Shown here piece after piece: positions 1 through 9,660 of a stretch of DNA of 64,000 nucleotides; the stretch's first letter is position 1, and each line of letters opens with the position of its first letter. Source of the DNA: Histomonas meleagridis 2922-C6/04-290x (taxonomy: Eukaryota; Protista; Parabasalia); the NCBI GenBank assembly GCA_020184695.1, contig JAANOX010000045.1, positions 62,001 to 126,000 on the forward strand, written 5' to 3'. The position numbers and the translations under genes were made by a program. The notes under the pieces are model-generated. The model was not told the origin of the DNA. It was given only the letters and a program-made list of their open reading frames with translations, and ran no database searches.

Positions 1-2
1 AA

Positions 3-683
3 GTTAGCAAAGGAACACCTGCTGAAGGGTGTGCTCCAATGAGAACATATACATTTTCTCAAACAAATACATTTACGCAATCTGATTCATTTTCACCATC
101 ACATTCATTTTCACCATCACATTCATTCAATCAATCAAATACATTTTCGCGATCAAACACATTTTCACAATCAAATACATTATCAAATATGTATATTCAA
201 TATACAAATACAAATTCAATTAAATCTTGTACATTGACGCACTCTTTTCTTCTAACTTATACGTATTCAATAACAGAAACAATTACAATAAAAACATTTT
301 TATCCAAAACACAATTAATTTCATCTACAGAAACAGAATTTATTTATTATGAATATACGAATGTTATGCATTATACTCTTTTAAGTTTTTATTCAGGCAC
401 ATTTTTAGTATATCAAAACCAAAGCGAATCAGAACACAACAATAAATTCAACATTTACATCATAATTTTCCCTATTATTGCAGCAATCGTAATAATATTA
501 ATAATTATCATTATATTAATACGTATTCAACATAATAAACGAATTAAAGAAGAAGAGTCTGTTGATGTTATTTGTAATGAGAATGAAAATAACGATTTTT
601 CGATTGAATTTTCCAGTAAAATCACAGAAGAAGATCCATTTGCGAAAGATTTTAGTGAGGATAATGCTATCATTAAAATATGA
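3..683 (+). CDS. 3' part of a BspA-like type I surface protein (5' end lies outside the window): Ser/Thr hexapeptide stalk, TM helix, acidic tail
   Basis: Frame is open from base 3 (VSKGTPAEGCAPMRTYTFSQ...). It has xFxxSx hexapeptide repeats, a hydrophobic TM (IYIIIFPIIAAIVIILIIIIILI) and an acidic tail with EDPF. Bases 1-128 match the reverse complement of 8356-8483 inside the BspA gene with one mismatch. Confidence 0.85.
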   Translation, partial: VSKGTPAEGCAPMRTYTFSQTNTFTQSDSFSPSHSFSPSHSFNQSNTFSRSNTFSQSNTLSNMYIQYTNTNSIKSCTLTHSFLLTYTYSITETITIKTFLSKTQLISSTETEFIYYEYTNVMHYTLLSFYSGTFLVYQNQSESEHNNKFNIYIIIFPIIAAIVIILIIIIILIRIQHNKRIKEEESVDVICNENENNDFSIEFSSKITEEDPFAKDFSEDNAIIKI

Positions 684-858
684 AAAAATCTTTCAATTAC
701 TTTTTTAAATAAACTGTGTTTGTTTGGAAATTTTTCAAATTTGAATTATTATATATCTGATTTTGTTTTTAATTTTTATTTCAAATTTAACAAACGAACC
801 TGATTCAAAAAATGAATTGCGATGGTGAATGGTTCGAGTAACATTACCAATGATTTAT

Positions 859-1374
859 TCATAATTCTTCTATAGGAAAGTTTGCTTTAGATTCAAGAAA
901 CCTGATCATTAGGGATGGCTCAATCCTGTAAAGTTCTTTGGAAGATATGGTACTGATTTGATTGTCAGGATATCTAACTTCGTATTTTAATTCCTTTCCT
1001 GAAAGTGAGACATCGATTATTTCTTCTGGGCGAGCTAATAGCTTGCCTTTTGGCGCTAACTTTTCTTTAAACAATTTGTGCTTTTTAAGATATTCATCCA
1101 ATAATTCGGGACAATTAAGATTTTCCTCTGCTTCCCATGTGTTATCATCGTAACCATATCCTTTCCACTTTAACAAAAAACGCCTTTTCCCATTGGTGCC
1201 AATTTTGTGCGCAAGAATTTTTTCAACTTCATAAACATCTGGATCTTCTTCTTCTTCCTCTTCGCCTTCTTCATTATTTTTCGTTTCTTCAGGTTTTTTT
1301 ACTTCTTCTTCGACTTGTTCGATTTTTTCTTCTTTTTTTTCTCCTGATGTTTCTTCCTCCAAAATGTCGCTCAT
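859..1374 (-). CDS. Chromodomain protein, HP1-like architecture (acidic N-terminus, chromodomain, possible C-terminal chromo-shadow-like region)
   Basis: Chromodomain signature [10 protein letters not shown]...[30 protein letters not shown]. The ATG at 1374 (MSDILEEE) is preferred over the ORF-track start at 1422. Confidence 0.85.
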   Translation of the reverse strand: MSDILEEETSGEKKEEKIEQVEEEVKKPEETKNNEEGEEEEEEDPDVYEVEKILAHKIGTNGKRRFLLKWKGYGYDDNTWEAEENLNCPELLDEYLKKHKLFKEKLAPKGKLLARPEEIIDVSLSGKELKYEVRYPDNQISTISSKELYRIEPSLMIRFLESKANFPIEEL

Positions 1375-1893
1375 TTGTTTATGACATTTGATATGAAAAG
1401 AAATGAAAACTTTGATTTTCATCGCAAAGGAAAATAATTTTGGATAATGAACAGCAGCGCTGGATACAAATTTGCATTTCTAGGAAATGATGGAATTCTT
1501 TTTTTTTTGTACCAAGGAGTGATGGAACATGATTAAGAAAATTCTTTATGAGAACGTTAAAAATTTACTTGGATGTTATCCGTATTAAATGAAATAATTC
1601 AGCATCATCATAATATTCTTTTCAGTACATATTTTTTATCATCGCTTTTATTTTGTTAAAAAATTTTGAAGGAAAAAAATAAGTAATTATTATTTTAAAA
1701 AAAAAAAAAAAAAAAAAAACACCACAGGAAGAGTACATGCGTTTATTGCAAAAATTAGAAAGAAAAATATTAATTGAATAATTTTTTTTTGAAAAACTCA
1801 TTTAACAAAATTAATTTTGTTTCCCTTAAAATTCTATGAAATAGTACAAATGTTGCATATACACTTACGGGCGTTTATTAAAAGAACTGACAT

Positions 1894-2067
1894 TTACTCT
1901 TTCTTTTCTTTCTTGTTCAATCCTGCTTTGGCTCGCTTTACGTTCCTAAGGAATTTGCTGTTCATTCCTTTTGTGAACCAAAGTTGGACATTTCTTGCCT
2001 TCTTAATTCCGTTGCGATGCCATTGGTGGCTCCTGTTATGTGCTGATGTGTTGCTTCTTTTTGCCAT
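1894..2067 (-). CDS. RPL29: 60S ribosomal protein L29 (eL29)
   Basis: MAKRSNTSAHNRSHQWHRNGIKK...KGMNSKFLRN matches the eL29 pattern (HNQSxKWHRNGIKK...KGVDPKFLRN). ATG at 2067. Confidence 0.93.
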   Translation of the reverse strand: MAKRSNTSAHNRSHQWHRNGIKKARNVQLWFTKGMNSKFLRNVKRAKAGLNKKEKKE

Positions 2068-2072
2068 TTCAA

Positions 2073-2111
2073 AAAGGCCGGCCACAACAAAAGTCCGTTA
2101 AGACGACCGTT
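2073..2111 (-). promoter_or_regulatory. M5-type core promoter (CCTTT) plus M3/Myb-like AACGGTC upstream of RPL29
   Basis: Minus strand reads AACGGTCG...GGCCTTTTTGAAATG, with CCTTT at 2077-2073. In T. vaginalis CCTTT (M5) replaces the Inr at many ribosomal protein genes. Confidence 0.6.
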
Positions 2112-2367
2112 AATATCACTTTCCAACTAAACAGACTTTATCAATTTCAAATCCACCAATCTAAGCCTTAATTGCTTCATCTTACAAAAAAATTTTTTAT
2201 TTTCTTGTCTTTGGCACAACAAATTCCACAAGCTTTTTCAAATCATACGAATATTTGCCTGAAAATATGATATTCTTTTATATATTAGTTCATTCAAAAA
2301 ATAACATTATCTCATTCAATATGAAAACAACATATATTTAATTAAGTTAATCATTTATTTCTTTTGT

Positions 2368-2865
2368 TTATTCCTTTTTCTCTTCTTTTGGAGCTGGAAG
2401 ACTAAGATGTTCAAATCCGAAGCTGCCTTTATGCTTTTCCCACTTAGCCTTGAACTTTTCTACTTCGTTTTCTGGTACATTATGCCACTTCTCACGAGTT
2501 GTCTTTTCACCTTTGTTATTTGTTTCTTCTTCGATTGTGCACCATTTGTTACCAATTCTTCTTGTAGTGGTTTCTTTAACTGAACCAGAAGAGCCATCAC
2601 ATGTTTTCTCACGTAATTCTTCGATTACATTTCCACCATCATAATAAGACTTTTTGATTTGACTATACTTATTGTATGAGCTGGATTTAGCGGGTTTTGA
2701 TTTGTCTTTTGCATCTTTTTGCTTTTCTTCTGCTTCCTCTTCGTCTGAAGAATCATTTTCAATCATATCATTAAGTAAGTCTAACATTTTATATGCTTTT
2801 CTAGGAAAGGCAAATGAGCCATAAGGATTATATCCAAAGAATGGATCGCCAAATAAACCAAACAT
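2368..2865 (-). CDS. Myeloid leukemia factor (MLF)-like protein
   Basis: Starts MFGLFGDPFFG after a TCACTTCATT initiator. The C-terminal block ELREKTCDGSSGSVKETTTRRIGNK...EKWHNVPENEVEKFKAKW parallels the MLF-family pattern (ETRRTxRDS.TG.E.M.IGH.IGDR...FINxDE.EA.AFD.EW). Recognised by eye, not by search. Confidence 0.6.
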   Translation of the reverse strand: MFGLFGDPFFGYNPYGSFAFPRKAYKMLDLLNDMIENDSSDEEEAEEKQKDAKDKSKPAKSSSYNKYSQIKKSYYDGGNVIEELREKTCDGSSGSVKETTTRRIGNKWCTIEEETNNKGEKTTREKWHNVPENEVEKFKAKWEKHKGSFGFEHLSLPAPKEEKKE

Positions 2866-3232
2866 AATAAAAATGAAGTGACGTAACTTCGACAAGAAAT
2901 TGAGAGAAAAGTCCGCAACAAAATGACCGGATAAACATGAATTCAAATTTTCAATAGCTAATTGTTTCATAAAAACGGTTTTTATGATGGTTTTAGCTCA
3001 AATTGTTTTGCACAAGAGAAATGGAATCCATTAAAATTATATTTAATTTAATATATTCAATTTATGTTAAGTAAGCCGCTCTAAATCATGTGTAAAGGGA
3101 ATTTTTTTTAATTTTAAAATTTTAAAAATAATTGATACAAAAGTGTTTTTATGAAGTCATGGAAAAGCTTAATGGCACAAAGGTAGAGTCAAAACATTAA
3201 TTCTATTTCAATTTAAAACTCAATGAACTAAA

Positions 3233-3960
3233 CTACATGTTTTTTTTTTCCATATAATTTTTCCTTTTAGTGATTAATTTAACTATTTCTGTATGACCAT
3301 CTGAAGATGCATACATAAGTGCTGTTATAAATAATTTAAATAATTTCCAAATATTATTTTCAAATATCAAATTATTAAAATAAATATTAAATAAAACAAA
3401 TAAATATTTTTAGCATTAATATCAATTCCTTCTTGTTCAAGAAGTAATTTAACTATTTCTGTATGACCATAATAAGATGCCTCAATAAGTGCTGTTTCAA
3501 ATAATTTAAATAATTTCCAAATATTATTTTGAATTATCAAATTATTAAAATAAATATCAAACAAAACAAATAAATATTTTTAGCATTAATATCAATTCCT
3601 TCTTGTTTAAGAAGTAATTTAACTATTTCTGTATAACCTTTTGAAGATGCTACCATAAGTGCTGTTATAAATAATTTAAATAATTTCCAAATATTATTTT
3701 CAAATATCAGATTATTAAAATAAATATTAAATAAAACAAATAAATATTTTTATCATTAATATCAATTCCTTCTTGTTCAAGAAGTAATTTAACTATTTCT
3801 GTATGACCATAATAAGATGCAATCATAAGTGCTGTTACAAATGATTTAAATCATTTCCAAACATTATTTTGAAATACTATAAAATTATTGATGTTAATGG
3901 TAGAAATAAAAATATATTTTAATAATTGTTATTTTAATATGATATTTGGAAGGAAGGCTA
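3233..3960 (-). other. Interrupted ankyrin-repeat array: four 90-nt ankyrin modules separated by 80-nt stop-containing spacers (split gene or pseudogene)
   Basis: Modules read TALxxASxxG(H/Y)TEIVKLLL(E/K)QEGIDIN(A/D)KN. The last module continues EIVKLITKRKNYMEKKNM to TAG at 3235-3233. Spacers are at 3326-3405, 3496-3575, 3666-3745 and 3836-3915. A decayed fifth module lies upstream. Confidence 0.8.
3281..3915. repeat. 170-bp tandem repeat, about 3.7 copies
   Basis: AACTATTTCTGTAT recurs at 3281, 3451, 3621 and 3791. Confidence 0.95.
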
Positions 3961-4184
3961 CCAATCAAATATATACAAATTTTTCAGAGCAACTGCAATA
4001 GCTTTAGGTTTGCTGCAAACCGAAAATTGAGATCCCGTTTTACTCTTTCTATATAGTATATGTAAAACTCTTTGATAAAATTTAGTTACTTACTCCCATA
4101 TAACTAAATATTTTGGTTAATGTTTTAAATTTAACAATATGATAAAAGAAGGAAGCATTGATCAAAAGTTTAGGTAATAAATTC

Positions 4185-4582
4185 ATGAGTAAACTTTTCA
4201 AAACTCTTGTTTTCCCAATGGGAAATAACGGCCTCTTTGCTTTTTGCTATTCATGAACTTTTACATCGACTGGAATTTAAATGATGCAAGACGAGTTACA
4301 AAAGAAGCACACACAGCTGTAGTAGAAGATCCAACGAACAAGAAAAAGATTAAATGGCTTACTAAAGAAGGCATAATGTTTACAACTTCACTCAAAGTTT
4401 TAAATGAAGATTGTATGGACCAAGTATCAGCATACCGTGAAGCTCTTAAATCACACAAATCACAGAAAGAACAAGAAAAACTTCTCGATGAATTGTATAA
4501 AACATATCAAGAAAACATGAGCAAACGAGTTATATCCAATACTTTTTCATCTATTTCAAATCTGTTAAGTAGTATATTCTAG
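4185..4582 (+). CDS. Small hypothetical protein, probably with a 1-nt homopolymer frameshift near 4241-4245
   Basis: The ATG 4185 frame (MSKLFKTLVFPMGNNGLFAF) joins the 4244-4582 ORF (LLFMNFYIDWNL...) if the T5 run is T6. Confidence 0.55.
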
Positions 4583-4594
4583 TAAATTTTTATT

Positions 4595-6577
4595 TTATTC
4601 ATTTCCTGGGAAAGCCTTTATCAATAATTGACTATATCCCTTTGGTATACCGAAATTATCAATCTGTGTCAAAGTCAAAGGTCCTCTAGAAGTTCCCTCC
4701 ATTTTTTTTAAGTAAACAACAGATTCTGGAAGAGCCTTTTCAAGTTCAGCATTAAAACTATTTACTATTGGTGCAGACCAAATGAACCTTGATAGAGCCG
4801 GGTGAACGTAAATTGTTATTCCCGGGTTTCTTTCCATTATTATTTTTAGTAAAGAAACGTAAATTTCCACAACAGCAGCGATTGCCTTTGAAACTGTGTT
4901 CCATAGGCACTTGTTGATAAACTTCGGAATTTCGATTTCGCAGTCGTAAGTTCCCAACACGAAAATCACGCTATTATAGTCAGGCAATGTTTGTAACAAC
5001 GAAAAGAAACGTTCTTTTTGTGGTGAGTTTGAAGCCTTTCTTAATTTCCAGATAGACAAATTATAGAAAGGATGTGGCATAATTGTGAATTTTGTATTTT
5101 TGATTTTCATTTTAAGAAAACTCGAATGGATAACATTATGATCGCCAATGCACATTATTGTTTTATTATTTTTCTTTTTTATCGATTCTGATTGATTTAA
5201 AATTGAAGCCCTTTCACAAAAAATATACATTTCAGTAATGGAACTTGTTCTTTTCTTCGAGAAAAGAGTTTCATAATACGAATAAAAGCCAAGTTTCGGA
5301 TCGAGGAAACCATTTGCAAATCCGGAAATATTTCCCTCAAGAAAAAGAGCAATTAAAATACATAAAATACAACCTAAATAAGATTCGGTTGAAAATGACT
5401 CAAATGGAATATCAGTGATTTGATCGTCGATTTCTTTCTCATATAAATCGGTCAGAATTTCATAAAATTTTGTTAATCCAACTCCACGAATTGGCGTATG
5501 AATATATGTTCGTGCGAACTCATAACTATGATCAAGAATCAAACTAAATTGATTTTGCTCAAGCAAAATCGAAAAAAATAAAAGTGTAACATCAATGTTA
5601 TGTTTCGTGCTAAAATATGCGCTTTTCAAGATGTTTAATGGCTCTGCAACTGATCCATGCTTATAAAGTGTCCGACATAATGATAACAAAGATTTGGTAT
5701 TAACAGATAATACAGTCACCGTACCAAGAAATTGTTTCATGAAAGAAAGATCACTTTGGAAAAATTGTGGAATGTGCTTATAGATCGCGGGGCACCTCAA
5801 AAGCGTTTTAACGGCGGAATCGTAGTTTGATGACAACAAGTAAATTTTCGCAGATTGAAGAATAGCTTCGGGATTTTGGCTATCGATGTTAAGGGCATTC
5901 ATAATAGAAACAGCAGCTGATGTAAAGTTTTGTTTGGAAGTAAAGCAGCGGGAAAGTCCTGTTTGAACTTCACATGAAGCAAATCCATTAATAAGACAAT
6001 TTTTGTAGATTTCAAATGCTTCGTTCGTTTTACCAATGTGTTCATAGGCTTCTGCAATCATGACATTAGTTTCATTGGTATTAGGAATGAAATCTATAAT
6101 GTTGTTGTGTTTGTCAGTGATGGTTTTCCATGCTTTAATTTTGTATAAAAGATGGAATAGACGCCACACACCATATGTACCAGATTCATTATAAAAAGTA
6201 AATGCAGATCGATATCGTTTTTGTGAAAAAAAGTTATCGCCTATTTCGATAAGTTTATCAAGCGTTTCAATAGTGCAATGAACAGCATCTGATATGGGTT
6301 CTGGTTTGATGGAACGTACAACTAATTCGATTGGAACATATAATTTTGTTGGAACTGAATCATCTAAACTTTTGATTGCTTGCATATCGCAAAGATCGGA
6401 AGTACACCTCCATACTGTAACTTCATCAATTGAAATTGATAGATTATTTTGATGATTTAAAAATGATAAAAAACCTTGAACTAAAGTTTTGTATGAAATC
6501 TTTTGATTTTCTTTTATCTTAGTTCTTGCCTGCCATGAAATCTTCCCGTAAAAATACAAGAAAATTTCACCAGGCAT
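4595..6577 (-). CDS. TPR-containing protein with a C-terminal alpha/beta domain resembling SGNH/GDSL folds
   Basis: TPR-like helices (IAEAYEHIGKTNEAFEIYK; LSRCFTSKQNFTSAAVSIMNALNIDSQNPEA). C-terminal IMCIGDHNV and VIFVLGTYDCE blocks. Likely start MPGEIFLY at 6577. Confidence 0.7.
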   Translation of the reverse strand: MPGEIFLYFYGKISWQARTKIKENQKISYKTLVQGFLSFLNHQNNLSISIDEVTVWRCTSDLCDMQAIKSLDDSVPTKLYVPIELVVRSIKPEPISDAVHCTIETLDKLIEIGDNFFSQKRYRSAFTFYNESGTYGVWRLFHLLYKIKAWKTITDKHNNIIDFIPNTNETNVMIAEAYEHIGKTNEAFEIYKNCLINGFASCEVQTGLSRCFTSKQNFTSAAVSIMNALNIDSQNPEAILQSAKIYLLSSNYDSAVKTLLRCPAIYKHIPQFFQSDLSFMKQFLGTVTVLSVNTKSLLSLCRTLYKHGSVAEPLNILKSAYFSTKHNIDVTLLFFSILLEQNQFSLILDHSYEFARTYIHTPIRGVGLTKFYEILTDLYEKEIDDQITDIPFESFSTESYLGCILCILIALFLEGNISGFANGFLDPKLGFYSYYETLFSKKRTSSITEMYIFCERASILNQSESIKKKNNKTIMCIGDHNVIHSSFLKMKIKNTKFTIMPHPFYNLSIWKLRKASNSPQKERFFSLLQTLPDYNSVIFVLGTYDCEIEIPKFINKCLWNTVSKAIAAVVEIYVSLLKIIMERNPGITIYVHPALSRFIWSAPIVNSFNAELEKALPESVVYLKKMEGTSRGPLTLTQIDNFGIPKGYSQLLIKAFPGNE

Positions 6578-6706
6578 ATGATGGGGTGCCTCATTCTTTT
6601 CTTCAATTAAAAAGAAATAACAAAATATTTTTACATGAAACCAATATAACAAGTGCAACAAAAACTTATTGTTATTTAAGTAAAAGAAATTAACAAAAAT
6701 GTCTAT

Positions 6707-7354
6707 TTATTCATTATTTTGTACTTTCGAATATTTTTCTTCAAGTGGTGGGTACCAATTCCTCTTGTATAATGCCGCAAATTCCTTCATGGTTCTTCCT
6801 TTTGAATCGCTTGGTGAGATATCAATGTTATGAGAAAAAAGAAAGTTACATGTTGCTTTTTGGTTTGACATAATTGCATAATGCATTGCATTCCATCCAT
6901 CGCACGATACAGCATTTATGTCTGCCTTAAGTTTCAATAATTCAGAAATAAAATCAATGTTTCCTCTAAAAGCAGCCATTATTAGTGGCGTTTTCCCATC
7001 TTCTGTTCTAGCTTCAATGTTAGCTCCAGATTGTTTTAATAAAAGGAGTGTTTCATCACGACCAGTATATGCTGCCCAATGAAGTGCTGTATAGCCAGCA
7101 AAATTTTTTGCATTAACATTAGCTCCTTTTTCGACAAGATAGCGAGCGCATGTTAATGATCCATGAGCAGCAGCACACATCAAAAGTGTATGTGCATGAT
7201 TTTCTGAGCTGAATGTTGACGCGTTTGGTGAAACTAATGCTGGAACAAGTTCTTTTAATTCGTCTAAATTATCTAATTGTGCGGCTTTCCAAGCCTGTTC
7301 AATGTTTTGTCGAGAGCTCATGATTTGACGACAGTTTTCATATTCAATTTGCAT
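6707..7354 (-). CDS. Ankyrin repeat protein (uninterrupted)
   Basis: Canonical repeats such as GANVNAKNFAGYTALHWAAYTG, GANIEARTEDGKTPLIMAA and KADINAVSCDGWNAMHYAI. Confidence 0.92.
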   Translation of the reverse strand: MQIEYENCRQIMSSRQNIEQAWKAAQLDNLDELKELVPALVSPNASTFSSENHAHTLLMCAAAHGSLTCARYLVEKGANVNAKNFAGYTALHWAAYTGRDETLLLLKQSGANIEARTEDGKTPLIMAAFRGNIDFISELLKLKADINAVSCDGWNAMHYAIMSNQKATCNFLFSHNIDISPSDSKGRTMKEFAALYKRNWYPPLEEKYSKVQNNE

Positions 7355-7713
7355 TCAATACCCAGAGACCGTTAATTATCTGACCGTTATTATCTGCTAT
7401 TTATATATAACATCATCTACAACACAATGGTTAAGCTAATGCCCTCACTTAGTATTGGTATATAAAAAAATATAAATATCGCATTATTAAATTTCTTTGA
7501 TTTTTTCCCCATTATGAAACATGAGGCATTTCATGTAGTCGCTCAACTGCTAGAAAAATTTCAAGAAATAAATCTCAAAATTATTATCATATTAATCTTG
7601 TTTTTGTTTTTTCAGTGTTTTAGTAACACGATTTCTTATAGAATGTGATCTCATAAGGGTAGTGTTAGGCATTCATAAAATAATATTTGTGTTTACTAAT
7701 AAGTCTGAAAGGA

Positions 7714-9660
7714 TCAAATCCATTTATCGTTTTCATTACTTACATATTTTTTAAGATCATTATCAAGAGTTTCAAATTCGATTTGTTCATTCTCTTCAAT
7801 TTCGCTTGATTCCTCCGTTTCCTTGTTGCGTTTATGATGACGAACCATAAAAATAATTAAACTGATTATCAATAAGATTAATGCAACTGAACAACATATA
7901 ATAGCAATCATTGCACCTTTGCCAAGAGTTTTGTTATTTGGATGTTCATTATGCTCAAAATAGAAATAAAAGTTTGAATAATATTCCGTGTATAATGAAA
8001 ATTGGATAACAGTGTATTCATAATATATCATTTGCGTGCTTATGTAAATAATTGCAGAACCACTATACGTGAGAGAAACTGTGTTTAATATGAATGAATT
8101 ATATATTGCCAACGTTTCAGAGTATATTAATGTATATGTGACTAGGTAACTGTGAGACATGGTGTACTGTGTAAAACTGATTGATGTTTCATCTGTTTGA
8201 TAATGATTAGAAAATGAATTTGAATTTGTGAATGTATTTGATTGATTAAATGTATCAGACTTGGTGAATGCATTTGACTTTGAAAATGTATTAGATTGAT
8301 TAAATGAATTAGATGGTGAAAATGTATTAAATTGAGTAAATGAATTAGATGGTGAAAATGAATGTGATGGTGAAAATGAATGTGATGGTGAAAATGAATC
8401 AGATTGCGTAAATGCATTTGTTTGAGAAAATGTATATGTTCTCATTGGAGCACACCCTTCAGCAGGTGTTCCTTTGCTAACTTTAAAAGAACCAAATGTT
8501 TTATTTTCATATGTTGTTAGCACCATAACTTTACCTGACGCAAGGTTAAACTCATCGAATCCCATACCAGCGACAGATGGCGATTTGTTACCATAAAAAT
8601 AAAGACACTGAATATTTGAACATGAATAAAATGCAAAATTTTCAATCGCTGTAATTGTGGATGGAATATTATATGAATTATCTGCTTTACCAATGGGATA
8701 ACTGATAAGTTTAGTGATGTTTTTGTCATAAAGAACGCCATCTTCTGCATAATTCGAAAAATATTCATTTTCTTCTGAAACTTTAATAAATTGAAGTGCT
8801 GAACATCCCGTAAAAGGATTCGCATTAATTGTAGTAACTGATTTTGGAATTGTAATATTTTCAAGTGAAGTACAATATTGAAATGCAAAAGAATCGATTT
8901 TAGCAACATTTTCTCCAATATAAATATGTTTGATTTTATTACAATTATAAAATGAATTTTCACCAATTTCTGTTACACAATTCCCAATTTCAACTGTGAC
9001 TAATGAAAGCCAATTTTCAAATGCATCTTCAGATATAATGTCAACACCATCTTTAATTATAAGATGCTCTGCATCATTTTTATAGGTATACATATTGTTA
9101 AATTCTTCAGAATTAGTAATTGTAAGTGTATTATTCGTTGTATCAAATAGTTCAAAAGAATGTGCAATGAAGAAAACAAACAAAATTGGAACAAAATGAT
9201 TATTAATCTTAAATTTATTATGAACGCTTTGAATTATGATATTTATAAAATGACATAGTAATTTGATCAAGAGCAAAATAAAGATTGAAAATAATAATAA
9301 AGACATTATGCCAACATCTTTGGATACAAAAATACCCGAAACAAATTTGAATATGTTGTATTTTGCATCATTTATATTGCCAAAATTAAATCTATTAGGG
9401 CAACATACAAGTGAGTGTAAGTGTTGTTCAATGTTTAATAATTTCTTTTGGGTGAATTGAGTATTCTGCATAAAAACATGATAATAATTTTGGTGCGTGA
9501 TCATTTTGCATAAACAAACCGAATCAACTCGAAACCAAGATGTACAGGTCTGAATCAACAAAAGTAGGAGAAATGTTTGAATATTTGTTGCGGTCATGAA
9601 CTTATGAGGAACGAATAACAAGTGATTCGAACAAACTTTTTTGTGATGGAATGTTGTCAT
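7714..9660 (-). CDS. BspA-like leucine-rich-repeat surface protein; true start uncertain and probably downstream of 9660
   Basis: TpLRR repeats (IGENSFYNCNKIKHIYIGENVAKIDSFAFQYCTSLENITIPKSVTTI), GVLYDKNITKLISYP motif, hexapeptide stalk, TM and acidic tail. The N-terminal ~150 codons look non-BspA and overlap an antisense pseudo-ORF. Confidence 0.8.
   Translation of the reverse strand: MTTFHHKKVCSNHLLFVPHKFMTATNIQTFLLLLLIQTCTSWFRVDSVCLCKMITHQNYYHVFMQNTQFTQKKLLNIEQHLHSLVCCPNRFNFGNINDAKYNIFKFVSGIFVSKDVGIMSLLLFSIFILLLIKLLCHFINIIIQSVHNKFKINNHFVPILFVFFIAHSFELFDTTNNTLTITNSEEFNNMYTYKNDAEHLIIKDGVDIISEDAFENWLSLVTVEIGNCVTEIGENSFYNCNKIKHIYIGENVAKIDSFAFQYCTSLENITIPKSVTTINANPFTGCSALQFIKVSEENEYFSNYAEDGVLYDKNITKLISYPIGKADNSYNIPSTITAIENFAFYSCSNIQCLYFYGNKSPSVAGMGFDEFNLASGKVMVLTTYENKTFGSFKVSKGTPAEGCAPMRTYTFSQTNAFTQSDSFSPSHSFSPSHSFSPSNSFTQFNTFSPSNSFNQSNTFSKSNAFTKSDTFNQSNTFTNSNSFSNHYQTDETSISFTQYTMSHSYLVTYTLIYSETLAIYNSFILNTVSLTYSGSAIIYISTQMIYYEYTVIQFSLYTEYYSNFYFYFEHNEHPNNKTLGKGAMIAIICCSVALILLIISLIIFMVRHHKRNKETEESSEIEENEQIEFETLDNDLKKYVSNENDKWI

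Noticed and set aside
815-850. tRNA-like GGTTCGAGT motif
   Set aside because: No cloverleaf stems or D-arm could be built around it.
3326-3405. Canonical GT-AG or AT-AC intron using TTG|TTT or AACAG in the ankyrin spacer
   Set aside because: The GT is absent from the 3836 and 46817 spacers, and the cuts tested give wrong frames or delete the TA of TAL. Only unit B has an in-frame GT-AG option.
3281-3915. 170-bp array as a CRISPR-like locus
   Set aside because: Eukaryotic context, no cas genes, no unique spacers. The variable part is ankyrin coding sequence.
9150-9660. Real 170-aa N-terminal extension of the BspA protein
   Set aside because: Not accepted as shown. It lacks BspA features, and a signal-like segment lies just before the mature region as in the 50051 gene. 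The start remains unresolved.
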